Assembly: GCA_016218105.1 (NCBI GenBank)
Contig: JACRET010000001.1
Coordinates: forward strand, 1,262 to 65,261
Source: Deltaproteobacteria bacterium
Lineage (GTDB): Bacteria > Desulfobacterota > GWC2-55-46
Length of the DNA stretch: 64,000 nucleotides
Direction of reading: 5' to 3'
The notes under the pieces are model-generated. The model was not told where the DNA came from, searched no databases, and worked only from the letters and a program-made list of their open reading frames with translations. Both the position numbers and the translations under genes were made by a program. Below are positions 38,739-47,111 of the stretch, piece by piece; position 1 is the first letter of the stretch; every line of letters begins with the position of its first letter.

Positions 38739-40235
38739 TTGAATATCCTCTTTGTCATAAAAGACGTCGAGTACATAGACCCGATGGGCATAATGCTTCT
38801 CTCGGCGCTCGCGAAGGAGAAGGGCCACAAGACCGCCGTAGCAGTATTGGCCAACGGCGACCTTGAAAAGGTTGTAATGTCGTTCAAGCCCGACATAGCG
38901 GCCTTCAGCGCAAAGACCGGGGAGCACAAATATTATATCGCCGCCAACGAAGTCATCAAGGGCCTCTCCAAAGACATCTTTACGGTCATAGGCGGCCCTC
39001 ACGCGACGTTCTTCCCCGAGATTATAGATAAATACCCTTTTGACGCCTTATGCGCCGGAGAAGGCGACGACGCCTGGCCCGAGCTGTTGACGGCCCTCGA
39101 ACGCAAGACCTCTTTTGACAATATCCCGAACATCGTAACGAAGAACAATTACAGGAAAGACAAGCCCCCCTTCATAAGGCAGAGGAGAAGGGAGCTCGAC
39201 GACCTGCCGTTCCTCGACAGGGAGCTCTTCTATTCAACCACGCGCCTCGGCAGATTCCCCATGCGCTCCTTCATGGTCGGCAGAGGATGCCCGTATAAAT
39301 GCACATACTGCTTCAATCACAAGTACAACATGCTCTATAAGGGCAAAGGCCCGCTGGCCTCGCGCATGTCCGTAGACAGGATAATAGCAGAGCTAAAGAC
39401 GCTAAAGAACAGTTACGAGACGCAGTTCATCAAGTTCTACGACGATATCTTCGTAATGAAGGACGACGAATGGCTCGACGAGTTCTCGGAAAAGTACGCC
39501 AGGGAAATCGGCATCCCCTTCCATTGCCTTATGAGGGCGAACCTCCTTACGGAATCGATCCTCATCAAGCTTAAAAAGGCCGGGCTCTCTTCCATGAGCA
39601 TGTCGATAGAGAGCGGCAACGATAACATAAGGAATGAAGTATTGAAGCGGAACATGACAAAAGAGACCATGACCGACGCCTTCGACCTTTGCTTCAAGCA
39701 CGGCATACCGACCTTTTCAAACACGATATTCGCGATACCAGGCACCTCGCTCTCAGAAGACATAGAGTCGCTCGATTTCAATCTGAGGTGCAGGGTGACC
39801 CTCGGCGAGTTTCCGGTCTTTTTCCCCTACCCCGAGACCGAGCTTGCGAATTACGCCATAAAAAGGGGGGATTTTGACGGCGACTTCAACAAGCTCCACA
39901 TGAGCTATCAGTCGACCTCTCCCCTCAGTTGCTTTACCGACAAGGAAAAGATGGAGCAGCTGAACCTTTCCATGCTTTCGACCGTCTGCCTGTGGAAGCC
40001 GTCGCTCAGGAACCTGATCGTGAACAGGCTTATCAAGCTCCCTTTGCCGAGGCTCTACTTCCTGATGTACTATTTCGTAAAGGCTTATCTGGTAAAGACG
40101 AAGATATACCCGATGAAGTTCTCATTCGTAAATACGGTACGCGGCATATACGAGAGCTTCATCCTTGAGAACTTCAAGCACTCTGAGGAGATAATCACCG
40201 AAAAGGAGGGCCTTAAGGCCGTAAAGGGTAAATAG
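38739..40235 (+). CDS. Cobalamin-binding radical SAM protein (class B-like)
   Basis: PMGIMLLSA, GGPHAT, GEGD, RGCPYKCTYC, DDIF, IESG, PYPET; TTG start. Confidence 0.9.
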   Translation: MNILFVIKDVEYIDPMGIMLLSALAKEKGHKTAVAVLANGDLEKVVMSFKPDIAAFSAKTGEHKYYIAANEVIKGLSKDIFTVIGGPHATFFPEIIDKYPFDALCAGEGDDAWPELLTALERKTSFDNIPNIVTKNNYRKDKPPFIRQRRRELDDLPFLDRELFYSTTRLGRFPMRSFMVGRGCPYKCTYCFNHKYNMLYKGKGPLASRMSVDRIIAELKTLKNSYETQFIKFYDDIFVMKDDEWLDEFSEKYAREIGIPFHCLMRANLLTESILIKLKKAGLSSMSMSIESGNDNIRNEVLKRNMTKETMTDAFDLCFKHGIPTFSNTIFAIPGTSLSEDIESLDFNLRCRVTLGEFPVFFPYPETELANYAIKRGDFDGDFNKLHMSYQSTSPLSCFTDKEKMEQLNLSMLSTVCLWKPSLRNLIVNRLIKLPLPRLYFLMYYFVKAYLVKTKIYPMKFSFVNTVRGIYESFILENFKHSEEIITEKEGLKAVKGK

Positions 40236-40736
40236 GTGACAGTCAAAGACCATGTGATACTCAGTAGCGCCGCTTCCCTGGCGCTCTGGACGGAGCTGGG
40301 CTTTGACGCGATCTTTTTCTGGGTTGCCGCCATCGGCATAGATCTCGACCATTATATAGATTACATCTGGCATAACGGCTTCACGGACTTCGGCATTAAG
40401 AAGATGTTCCTTTACCACCACGTCCTTGAGCGGTTCTGGGGACGGTCCGAGTTCTTGAACGTTGTAATCTTCCATACGGTGGAATTCGTAGCGCCTCTTT
40501 TTGTCATATCGTACTGGACAGGCTCCACGGCGCTCTTTGCCCTCTCTTTGGGGCTTACGTTTCATATAGCGTGCGATATCGTTTTTTTACTCAGGCTCAG
40601 GATATTCCTTATACGGGCGCACTCTTTTACGGAGTACTTCATAAGGAAGCGCCGTTTTGAGAACAGGGGCCTGAAACCGGGGTCCGTATTCGCCGAGGCC
40701 ATAAAAATTGTAAATGAAACCGGCGGGGAAATATGA
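40236..40736 (+). CDS. Membrane protein, putative metal-binding (H..DLDH..H..H..D pattern)
   Basis: Hydrophobic helices with DH, IDLDHY, FHTVE and FHIACD; GTG start adjacent to the upstream stop. Confidence 0.7.
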   Translation: MTVKDHVILSSAASLALWTELGFDAIFFWVAAIGIDLDHYIDYIWHNGFTDFGIKKMFLYHHVLERFWGRSEFLNVVIFHTVEFVAPLFVISYWTGSTALFALSLGLTFHIACDIVFLLRLRIFLIRAHSFTEYFIRKRRFENRGLKPGSVFAEAIKIVNETGGEI

Positions 40737-40772
40737 GATACTTTGCCGAAAAGACCGCGTTGAGAGGTTGGA

Positions 40773-41702
40773 ATGGGAACGACTGAGAAGGTACTGATAA
40801 TAAAGCTCGGATACTCGGAGACCCTTGTCGGGGAGATAAGCAGAAAGACAAGCCTCGGCGACGTGCTGCGGTCAACCGTGCTTTTAAATCTCTTTAAGAA
40901 CGCCAACGTGACATGGCTTGTTGATGAAAAGGCGATATCCCTTCTCAAGGGAAATCCGCTAATAAACCGCATAATGCCCTATGACCTGACCACAGTCCTC
41001 CAGCTTAAGGCAGAGAGGTTCGACACCATCATAAACCTTGAGAAGGTCGCTGGCATCTGCGCGTTCGCGGACTCGCTTACCGCATGGAGGCGTTTCGGTT
41101 TCAGGTTCGATCCTGAAACAGGCAGCGCCATGGCCTATGACGGGAGCCAGCACGTTTTAGAGCTTTGCATGAGCCAGAAGGACAAGCTCGCGAACAAAAA
41201 ATACTGGGAAGACTTCCTCTTTGAGATGGTCGGCGCCAAGTGGCAGGGAGAGATACCCACTATCGGCTACAAGCCGTCCTCGAAAGAGATATTCGACATA
41301 GGCTTTAACCACAATGTCGGCGAGAAGTGGCCGATAAAGGCGTGGCCCCCTGAATACTGGAAGGAGCTTGAGGCCCTTATCGACGGGAAATACACGATAT
41401 CATGGCAGCAGGGGCTTAAGTCCATTGAGGAATACATAGAGTGGATCAACTCGTGCAGGCTGCTGGTCACGAACGACAGCCTCGGGCTCCATATAGCCCA
41501 CGCGCTCAATAAAAAGGTGGTAACGCTTTTCGGCCCCACCCTTTCGACCGAGGTGTATGTAAAAAACGGCGTCAAGCTCCTGCCCGACGCCGTTTATGAC
41601 TGCATGCCCTGCCTGTCCACGACCTGCGTAAAGGAAAGGCCGTGCATGTTTGAAATAAAGCCTGCCAGAGTTCTTTCAGAGATAGATAAATTACTTGGCT
41701 AG
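40773..41702 (+). CDS. Glycosyltransferase family 9 (heptosyltransferase-like)
   Basis: LIIKLG..LGDVLRST, KAWP, TNDSLGLHIAHAL, LFGPT, CMPC...C....CM. Confidence 0.88.
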   Translation: MGTTEKVLIIKLGYSETLVGEISRKTSLGDVLRSTVLLNLFKNANVTWLVDEKAISLLKGNPLINRIMPYDLTTVLQLKAERFDTIINLEKVAGICAFADSLTAWRRFGFRFDPETGSAMAYDGSQHVLELCMSQKDKLANKKYWEDFLFEMVGAKWQGEIPTIGYKPSSKEIFDIGFNHNVGEKWPIKAWPPEYWKELEALIDGKYTISWQQGLKSIEEYIEWINSCRLLVTNDSLGLHIAHALNKKVVTLFGPTLSTEVYVKNGVKLLPDAVYDCMPCLSTTCVKERPCMFEIKPARVLSEIDKLLG

Positions 41703-41712
41703 AGAGGTGGAT

Positions 41713-42588
41713 ATGAAGGACTTGAAACCTATTGCAATACCGGAACACTACAACTATATCGCCGCTTTCATGACCCTTGCCTGCAATCTCTCATGCAGCT
41801 ATTGCATAAACCACTTCGGCAAGGACGGCTTCGTGAAAAAGAGGCTTACGGGAGAGGAATGGGTAAGAGGCCTTAACAGGATAGTGTCGAGGGAAGACCT
41901 TCCGATAACGCTCCAGGGAGGCGAGCCGAGCCTGCACAAGGACTTCATATACATACTTAACAATATAAAGCCTGAGCTTAACATAGACATACTTACGAAC
42001 CTCCAGTTCGACGTTGACGAATTCATAAAAAAGGTAGACCCGAAACGGATCAGGAGAAATTCTCCCTACGCCTCTATAAGGGTCAGCTACCACCCCGAGG
42101 TGATGAAGCTTGAGCCTCTGGTGGAAAAAGTCCTCAAGATGCTTGAAGCGGGGTTCTCGATCGGCATATGGGGCGTACTCCACCCTATCCAGGAGGAAAC
42201 GGTAAGGCAGGCCCAGAAGCACTGCCAGGCGCTTGGTATAGACTTCCGCTTTAAAGAGTTCCTTGGCGAGCATAACGGAAAGATGTACGGGACTTACAGG
42301 TACGAGGGGGCTTGCGACCAGAAGTTTGAAAAGTCTGTCCTCTGCAAAACCACTGAGCTTATAATGGGCAGCGACGGCTCCGTATACCGGTGCCACAGCG
42401 ACCTTTACGAGGGGCGCACCCCTGTCGGCAACATCATCGACCCCGCTTTCGACATAGAGGATATCTACAGGCCCTGCCATGTGTTCGGGCACTGCAACCC
42501 GTGCGACATCAAGGTCAAGACAAACAGGTTCCAGGAGTTCGGCCATACGTCAGTAGAGATAGAGGATATGCCTGTAGAGCACAAGTAA
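41713..42588 (+). CDS. Radical SAM protein
   Basis: CNLSCSYC, GGEP, LTNL, C-terminal C..YRCH..C..CNPCD; ATG behind GAGGTGG. Confidence 0.88.
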   Translation: MKDLKPIAIPEHYNYIAAFMTLACNLSCSYCINHFGKDGFVKKRLTGEEWVRGLNRIVSREDLPITLQGGEPSLHKDFIYILNNIKPELNIDILTNLQFDVDEFIKKVDPKRIRRNSPYASIRVSYHPEVMKLEPLVEKVLKMLEAGFSIGIWGVLHPIQEETVRQAQKHCQALGIDFRFKEFLGEHNGKMYGTYRYEGACDQKFEKSVLCKTTELIMGSDGSVYRCHSDLYEGRTPVGNIIDPAFDIEDIYRPCHVFGHCNPCDIKVKTNRFQEFGHTSVEIEDMPVEHK

Positions 42589-42618
42589 GGAACTGCAGAC
42601 CGCGTAAAAACAGTATTG

Positions 42619-42650
42619 AAAGGCAGGCATTCGTGTCCTGCCTTTTTTTT
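42619..42650 (+). terminator. Intrinsic terminator ending the radical SAM/GT cluster
   Basis: AAAGGCAGG-cattcgtgt-CCTGCCTTTTTTTT. Confidence 0.8.
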
Positions 42651-42704
42651 ACCTGATCCCGGGCGTTTCGGATGAAAAAAAGTTCAGAGTAAAACGGCTC
42701 AGCC

Positions 42705-44360
42705 TCACCTCTTAAGACGCTTAAGCGCGTCCTCCGCGTATTTATAATCAGGCCATCTCGCAAGTATGTATTTAAACTCCGCTTCAGCTTCCGGCTTTAA
42801 CCCCTTTTTCATATATAATACCCCAAGGTTATAGGAAGGTTCCGGATTGCCAGGGTCGAGCCCCTTCAAGATTCGCGCCTCGCCGATGGCCTCAGCGGTC
42901 ATCCCCAGCGAATCGTAATATTTTACCAGCGTGCGGCGGACATACCGCGACTTCGGGTTTATTTCCTCCGCCTTTTTAAACTCCTCTAACGCCTCGCCGT
43001 GTCTTTCTATCTCGTAATATTTCATTCCAAGATACATATGCGGGCTTACGGAGTAAGGGTTCTTTTTCACCTCGTCCTCGTAGAGCCGCAACGGTACCCT
43101 CCAAAGCTCATTCCTGAAATAAGCGGCAAACGAGAGCGGCACAGCCAGCGCAAGCAAAAGAAACGTCATCAATATCTTCCGCCTGCCCCGGCTCAGGGAG
43201 TCTTCCATATATAAAACCGCTGTAACAAACGACAGCATGATCCCTGCCGATGGGAGATAAACCCTGTGCTCGTTTATGGCATCCCTGATGGGTATTACCG
43301 AGGATTCGACGGAGAGGGTGATAAAAAACCATAACACCCCGAATGATATGATAGACCCGTAGGCATTCCCTTTCATTATGGAGAAGGCAAACATATATAT
43401 GGAGGCGCCGATGAATAAAACAACGGCAATTAAGGGGCCAGACACCCCCGGGTCAAAGACCGATTCCGCAAGCGGGAAATAATACGTAAAATGCTGATCC
43501 ACTGGTAAGATCAAAAGCCTTAAATAGACAAGTATCGCCTGCGGCTCCGTTATCAGGTAATTATACCTGGAGATGGTGAACGCCTCCTCCAGCTTTCGGA
43601 CCCGCATCAGCTCGTCGACCGTATTCACTGCCCCGGTACCCGGGATGACCATGCTTAGAGGTATTATCAGGAGCGTTAAGAAGAACGGCAAGAGGCGTTT
43701 GCCCCTCCCCTCACCTTTCGGAAAGAATGAGAACTCCACGAGAGTCAAGATGAAGGGCAGCGTAAAGCTTATCTCCTTCGACTTCATTGCGAGGACGGCT
43801 GAAAGGACAGCCCCTGCGTAAAGGAGCCTGCCTTTTGTACCCCCCGGTATTCCTGTCCTTGCCTTTAGATAAAGAACCAGAGACAAAAGATAGAAAAGGG
43901 TCGCGAGAGACGTGTATCTCTGGCTTATATAAGAGACCGCCTGTGTCTGTACAGGGTGCGTAAGGAAGTATACCGATGTCGCGAGAGCGGCCGCAAAGGG
44001 AAAAATCTCCCTATCCTTAATATTCGTCTTTATAAAAGGCGTCTCGAAGAGAGCCTTTATAAGCTTAAACACAAGGGCCGAATTGGCTATGTGGATCAAT
44101 ATATTGACGAGGTGATAACCGAACGGATCAAGGCCGGAGAGCTTGTAATTCAAAGCGAAACTGAGGTCTCCAGCATACCTAACGCCGGACACATCCAGAA
44201 AATTCCATAGAGACCTTATCCAGGGCGCCTCCGTAACATACGCCCTGTCATCGAATACGAAATCGCCGAAAAGAGCATTTGAATAGATTATTAGGCCGAG
44301 AGGCAGTAATACGAGATACAAACGGTTACAAGTTATGATTTTTTCATATAGTGTCTTCAA
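42705..44360 (-). CDS. TMTC-like GT-C membrane glycosyltransferase with TPRs
   Basis: FVFDD, YHLVNILIH, HPVQTQAV, KSKEIS, EHRVYLPS, RNELW, TPR tail; directly downstream of pilA. Confidence 0.8.
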   Translation of the reverse strand: MKTLYEKIITCNRLYLVLLPLGLIIYSNALFGDFVFDDRAYVTEAPWIRSLWNFLDVSGVRYAGDLSFALNYKLSGLDPFGYHLVNILIHIANSALVFKLIKALFETPFIKTNIKDREIFPFAAALATSVYFLTHPVQTQAVSYISQRYTSLATLFYLLSLVLYLKARTGIPGGTKGRLLYAGAVLSAVLAMKSKEISFTLPFILTLVEFSFFPKGEGRGKRLLPFFLTLLIIPLSMVIPGTGAVNTVDELMRVRKLEEAFTISRYNYLITEPQAILVYLRLLILPVDQHFTYYFPLAESVFDPGVSGPLIAVVLFIGASIYMFAFSIMKGNAYGSIISFGVLWFFITLSVESSVIPIRDAINEHRVYLPSAGIMLSFVTAVLYMEDSLSRGRRKILMTFLLLALAVPLSFAAYFRNELWRVPLRLYEDEVKKNPYSVSPHMYLGMKYYEIERHGEALEEFKKAEEINPKSRYVRRTLVKYYDSLGMTAEAIGEARILKGLDPGNPEPSYNLGVLYMKKGLKPEAEAEFKYILARWPDYKYAEDALKRLKR

Positions 44361-44484
44361 TTGTCATCCGTTTGAAAACGCATCACGCTCACATTCCAGT
44401 CAGTCTCACGGGAGCGGCAAGGGAATGGAAAATTGCAAACTCCTGATTATTGCCAGGAGTCCGTCTCACAGCGGGTCTTCAATC

Positions 44485-44520
44485 AAAAAAAAAGGAGGGG
44501 TTTTCACCCCTCCTCTCTTT
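44485..44520. terminator. Intrinsic terminator after pilA
   Basis: A-run, GGAGGGG-ttttca-CCCCTCC hairpin; U-tract on the minus strand. Confidence 0.75.
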
Positions 44521-44539
44521 AAACGTATTCAAGATTCAA

Positions 44540-44947
44540 TCAGGGTGAGTTGGCGAATACGATCCTGCCGTTAAAGAATACTACAGTGTTGTTGTCGGTA
44601 AGACCGGCTGCTGTTGTCTTAAGCTCGACGTTGCCCGATGTAAGGTTCATACCACCGTTTACGAAGCTTACGTTAACAGACTTCTGGTAACCGCCAGATT
44701 TAAGCTTGGCAAGGCCGTTGGTGCTGTCCACAGACTGTGCCGGGTTATCGGTAAGATAAGCCTGAGCAGCTGTGTACGCGTTCTTTGCGTCTGAATCGAG
44801 CTCTGTCTTGTACCCTCTCAGCCTGTACTTTGTAAACTGCGGGATGGCGATGGCGGCAAGTATGGCGATGATAGCGACGACTATCAAAAGCTCAACCAGC
44901 GTGAAGCCTTCCTCCCTCTTGATCCTCTTTAGCATCTGTTGCAGCAT
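44540..44947 (-). CDS. pilA: Type IVa major pilin
   Basis: Prepilin G|FTLVELLIVVAIIAILAAIAIPQF; own sigma54 promoter and terminator; inside the pil locus. Confidence 0.92.
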   Translation of the reverse strand: MLQQMLKRIKREEGFTLVELLIVVAIIAILAAIAIPQFTKYRLRGYKTELDSDAKNAYTAAQAYLTDNPAQSVDSTNGLAKLKSGGYQKSVNVSFVNGGMNLTSGNVELKTTAAGLTDNNTVVFFNGRIVFANSP

Positions 44948-45036
44948 ATTTTCCTCCTTCCGGCTTTTGATGAGCAGCTTTTAAGTATCTTCGGCTGTTC
45001 TCTAAAAAACTTGAAACATATTTGACATATATACTT

Positions 45037-45052
45037 AGCAACATCTATGCCA
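45037..45052 (-). promoter_or_regulatory. Sigma54 -24/-12 promoter of pilA
   Basis: Minus strand TGGCATAGATGTTGCT (GG-N10-GC). Confidence 0.85.
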
Positions 45053-45116
45053 AAATAAAATATCTTTTAAGAATGGGTACTTACCCTTTTATAGCGATAC
45101 AAATAATGTACTTAAG

Positions 45117-45152
45117 TGACAATTTTTGTCAGTGTATTGACAATTTTTGTCA
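45117..45152. promoter_or_regulatory. Tandem palindromic upstream activator sites (putative PilR boxes)
   Basis: TGACAATTTTTGTCA at 45117-45131 and 45138-45152, 21 bp apart, upstream of the sigma54 promoter. Confidence 0.7.
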
Positions 45153-45216
45153 GTGAGGGCAGGGTTTGTGGGGGGGGCAAGCTCGTAGCGATGGGATACG
45201 CTCGCAATGACAAATC

Positions 45217-45330
45217 AATTCAATTACCCTGCCATAAATGGCAGGGATTGTCGGCAAGGTACTTTGTTTCTTTCGTATAGCCCGGCTTTGACCCGCCCTA
45301 AAAGGGCGGGATTCCGCCGGGCACCCGATT
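45217..45330. repeat. ~110-bp double-hairpin repeat, copy 2
   Basis: Matches 5612-5722; overlaps the last codons and stop of CDS 45298..47088. Confidence 0.85.
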
Positions 45331-47088
45331 AATGGGTATATCCATGAATCTGCCGCAGCCATCCATATCCCGTTCCAAACAGGATCTTTTAATCCCTGTT
45401 ACAACCTCTTTCATTAAAGGGCTCTTGATGAATTCGGAAAAACCGGGGTAGATTACAGCGGCCTGGTCAAAGTCCTTTAAAGCCTCCTTGTGCCTGCCTG
45501 AGGCCGCGTATGAGATGCCGCGGTTCAGGTATACGATCTCGTAATCACGGTTAAGGGCAAGCGCGGCGCTGAATGACTCTATGGATCTCCTGTGGTCTCC
45601 CAGCCCGGAATACGCCACCCCCCTGAGATTATGCGCCTCGGCTATCTTCGGGTTCATCGAGAGGACCTTATCCGCGTCGTAGAGCGCCTCGGCAAACTTG
45701 TTCTTCTTGAGATTAAGCAGACCCCTGAAGTAATAGAGCCTCGATTTACCGGGGGACTTCCCGATAGAATCGTTAAGGAGCGCCATCTCATCGTTCCATA
45801 CGTTATTTCTCAAGTAAAGCGAGGTGAAGAGCGCCGGGCACAAAATAATGAGCAGCCCGGCAGTCAATACCTTATACGAAATCTTTTTCTCCCTCTTTGA
45901 ATTCAGATATTCGACTGTCCAGAAAACCAGCGAAACAAAGGAGATTAAAAGTCCGACGCTCGGGAGATAAACCCTGTGCTCATATATGAAATCCTGTATA
46001 GGGACAAGGGTGGATTCTACCGATAGGGTTAAAAAGAACCAGAAGACCCCGAAAGGGAAAAGATGCCCCCAGATATTTCCTGTTTTACGGGAAGACCTTA
46101 GAACAAAAAAAGAAATTAAAATGAGAGATGAAAGGAATAAGAAAGACATGAAAGCGGGAGGGTCGAATAAAGACGTCGATACCGGGTAATCGTATTCAAG
46201 CCTCTGCCCTACAGGGAGCAGAAGGAGCCGTATATATGTTACTACCACCTTTAGCTCGGTGAAGAAATAAACGCTCCTGGGGAGCCTCGCGGCCTCGTTT
46301 ATCTGCAGATTCCTCAGGTGCTCGGCGCTTGCGTTATAGTTACCGAAAATCCCGATATCAGGCCCCAGGAGAGTAAGGGGTATTATGACCAGAGTAAAAT
46401 AAAAAGGTATCCTGTAGCGCGCGGAACTCTTTATCTCGGGCCGGAAGAAGACGAACTCATAGAGCGCGATGGCGAATGGCAGCGTAAAGCTTATCTCCTT
46501 TGTCTTCATCGCTATAACGGCCGAGAGCAACGACCCTGCGTAGAAGAGCCGGTTCGCCGTCCCCCCTTTGCCTTGCGCCCAGCCGATCCTCGCCTTCACG
46601 TAAAGAAGCACTGATGATATATAAAAAAAAGCCGCCAGCGAGGTAAACCTCTGGGTCACGTAGCTTACGGCCTGTGATTCTACCGGGTGAGAGAGGAAGA
46701 TAACCGCCGCGATGAATGCGGCATAAACAGAGACCTCATCACTGGCATGTATTCCCTTTATGAAAGGCGTGCGGAAGGTATTTCTTACAAGAGAGAAGAC
46801 AAGAATGGAATTGAGTACGTGTATGAGTATGTTGACGAGATGGAAATCAAACGGGACGAGGCCGCCGGTAGAGTAGTTGAGGGCAAAGCTCAAAAAACCG
46901 ATATACCTTGTGCCTGAGAGGTCCAGAAAATTACCGAGAGACCTTATCTGCCGGTTCGCGAGGACATAAGCCTCGTCATCGTAGACGAAAGGCGCGTTCA
47001 GCACGTTTGAGTACAACAGCACACCCAAAGGGATGAGGAGTAAAGGCAGATATTTAAGGAAGATTTTTTTATCGGGAATATTTTTCAT
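45298..47088 (-). CDS. TMTC-like GT-C membrane glycosyltransferase with TPRs
   Basis: FVYDD, FHLVNILIH, HPVESQAV, KTKEIS, EHRVYLPS, RNNVW, TPR tail; clear paralog of 42705..44360. Confidence 0.8.
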   Translation of the reverse strand: MKNIPDKKIFLKYLPLLLIPLGVLLYSNVLNAPFVYDDEAYVLANRQIRSLGNFLDLSGTRYIGFLSFALNYSTGGLVPFDFHLVNILIHVLNSILVFSLVRNTFRTPFIKGIHASDEVSVYAAFIAAVIFLSHPVESQAVSYVTQRFTSLAAFFYISSVLLYVKARIGWAQGKGGTANRLFYAGSLLSAVIAMKTKEISFTLPFAIALYEFVFFRPEIKSSARYRIPFYFTLVIIPLTLLGPDIGIFGNYNASAEHLRNLQINEAARLPRSVYFFTELKVVVTYIRLLLLPVGQRLEYDYPVSTSLFDPPAFMSFLFLSSLILISFFVLRSSRKTGNIWGHLFPFGVFWFFLTLSVESTLVPIQDFIYEHRVYLPSVGLLISFVSLVFWTVEYLNSKREKKISYKVLTAGLLIILCPALFTSLYLRNNVWNDEMALLNDSIGKSPGKSRLYYFRGLLNLKKNKFAEALYDADKVLSMNPKIAEAHNLRGVAYSGLGDHRRSIESFSAALALNRDYEIVYLNRGISYAASGRHKEALKDFDQAAVIYPGFSEFIKSPLMKEVVTGIKRSCLERDMDGCGRFMDIPINRVPGGIPPF

Positions 47089-47111
47089 GCAGGCGGCTCA
47101 ACGTGCGGGCG

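Noticed and set aside
45117-45155. CRISPR mini-array
   Set aside because: Only two short palindromic units with a few bases between them and no cas genes; fits activator binding sites
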